A stretch of 63,404 bases of DNA, counting the filler, from Folioceros fuciformis (taxonomy: Eukaryota): the NCBI GenBank assembly GCA_049999805.1. It is 41 parts of 41 records of this genome, joined end to end, with 100 filler letters (N's around TTAATTAATTAA, not from the genome) between each part and the next. Parts side by side here need not be neighbours in the genome. Positions count along the whole stretch, not along the records: positions 62,261 to 63,404 come from JBNGIO010002538.1; 40 more parts are not named here. One strand, given 5' to 3'. The notes beneath the pieces were generated by a model. It was given only the letters and a program-made list of their open reading frames with translations. It was not told the DNA's origin and searched no databases. Both the position numbers and the translations under genes were made by a program. Position 1 is the first letter of the stretch. The number at the start of each line of letters is the position of its first letter. Positions 62,261-63,404 of this stretch are shown here, in pieces.

Positions 62261-63322
62261 CACAAAAGCAGCTCGACTGTTCTCACAGTAACTGTTTGTG
62301 TTTCTTCGTCTTCTGGTCTGTCAGATCTTTGGTTTATAGATTCTGGCGCTACATCTCATGTCTGTAACAACAGAGGCTTGTTTTCTGCATTCACATTAGA
62401 TGTCCCAGCCCAGTTAGTTTACGTGGGGGATGCACGAGGCATAGGTGTACATGGAATGGGTACTGTATCACTTACCCTGTCGGATGGCTCAGTTGTGTTG
62501 CTTGAGGATGTACTTTATGTTCCTACTATGTCAAAGAATCTGTTGTCGGTAAGGGCTGCCACTCAGACTGGAAAGTATAGTTTCTCATTCGAGCAGGGAA
62601 GCTGCTGTGTGTATGACCTGTCCAAACCAGGAAAGTGTGTTGCAAAAGGGCATCTGATAGATGAGCTGTATCAATTAAGCATGACAGTAAGTCCAGAAGC
62701 TTATCTTACCTCTTCATCTTCCGAAGCCAGTCTTTGGCATGCCAGGCTTGGGCACATAAATAGGGAGAAGTTGAATCTTATGTCTTCTTTAGACTGCTAT
62801 AGAGAGAAACTGCCTCCTTGCTTCAAGCAACTTCCTGTTTGCCAGTCCTGCGTGCTTTCCAAACAAAAGGAGCTTCCGTTTAAGAACAAGCAGGCACAGA
62901 GAGCCCAAGCAGTGTTGGAGCTCATACATGCAGACATTGCTGGCAAGTTGCAGGTTAAATCACTGGGTGGAGCGGAGTATTACCTCACCTTGACGGATGA
63001 TTACTCCCGCTACACCTGGGTGTTTCCTCTTCGTCACAAAAACGATGCTTTTGAGTGTATTGAGACCTGGATCCCCATGGTCTAGAGACAAACAGGCAAT
63101 CTGGTGAAGTGCTTTCGCACCGACAACGGTGGGGAGTTCGTTGGCCACCAGTATGACTTGCTGTTTGCTGCTCATGGCATTATTCGACAACTGGCCATCC
63201 CATATACTCAGCAGCAGAATGGTGTTGCTGAACGCAAGAACCAGACGCTGATGGGTATGACCCGCAGCATGCTCTCTTGGGCAAGTCTGCCCAAGCATTA
63301 TTGGGCAGAGGCCCTTACAACT
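62261..63322 (+). mobile_element. Ty1/Copia pol fragment (protease-integrase) with in-frame TAG at 63083-63085
   Basis: WFIDSGATSH, WHARLGH...CQSC, HADIAG, RTDNGGEF, QQNGVAERKN, YWAEALTT. Confidence 0.95.
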
Positions 63323-63404
63323 TGTGGAGGCAAAACCCCGGGCACTAATTGCCAATGGGTTCCACCTTTAGTGGCCACACTTATCCCACTGTCGTTGAGA
63401 CATT

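Overview
This window is not a continuous locus. It is 41 short contigs (about 1-4.3 kb) joined by 40 identical artificial 100-nt linkers (44 N + TTAATTAATTAA + 44 N), so neighbouring features are not biologically linked. Most contigs look like repeat-rich nuclear DNA of a land plant, by inference a non-seed plant such as a bryophyte. They carry two Ty1/Copia pol fragments, a Ty3/Gypsy gag, LTR/PBS pieces, decayed CRE-like non-LTR and hAT elements, a MITE, several minisatellites, three exons of NSF, a TORNADO1-like Roc pseudogene and a decayed tRNA-Arg. Mixed in are probable foreign contigs: three RIP-scarred ascomycete repeats, a fungal-type RS/RD-rich terminal exon, two alphaproteobacterial-like contigs and an angiosperm-type plastid ycf3-psaA fragment. 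The best candidates for new biology are: (i) three divergent single-domain secreted Gnk2/DUF26 genes with non-canonical Cys spacing and a shared extra C-terminal Cys; (ii) a complete 3-exon, 102-aa secreted stand-alone PAN/apple-domain gene that the ORF track only partly captures; (iii) an ORF with a degenerate AP2-like motif. All family assignments come from motif recognition by eye; no searches were run.
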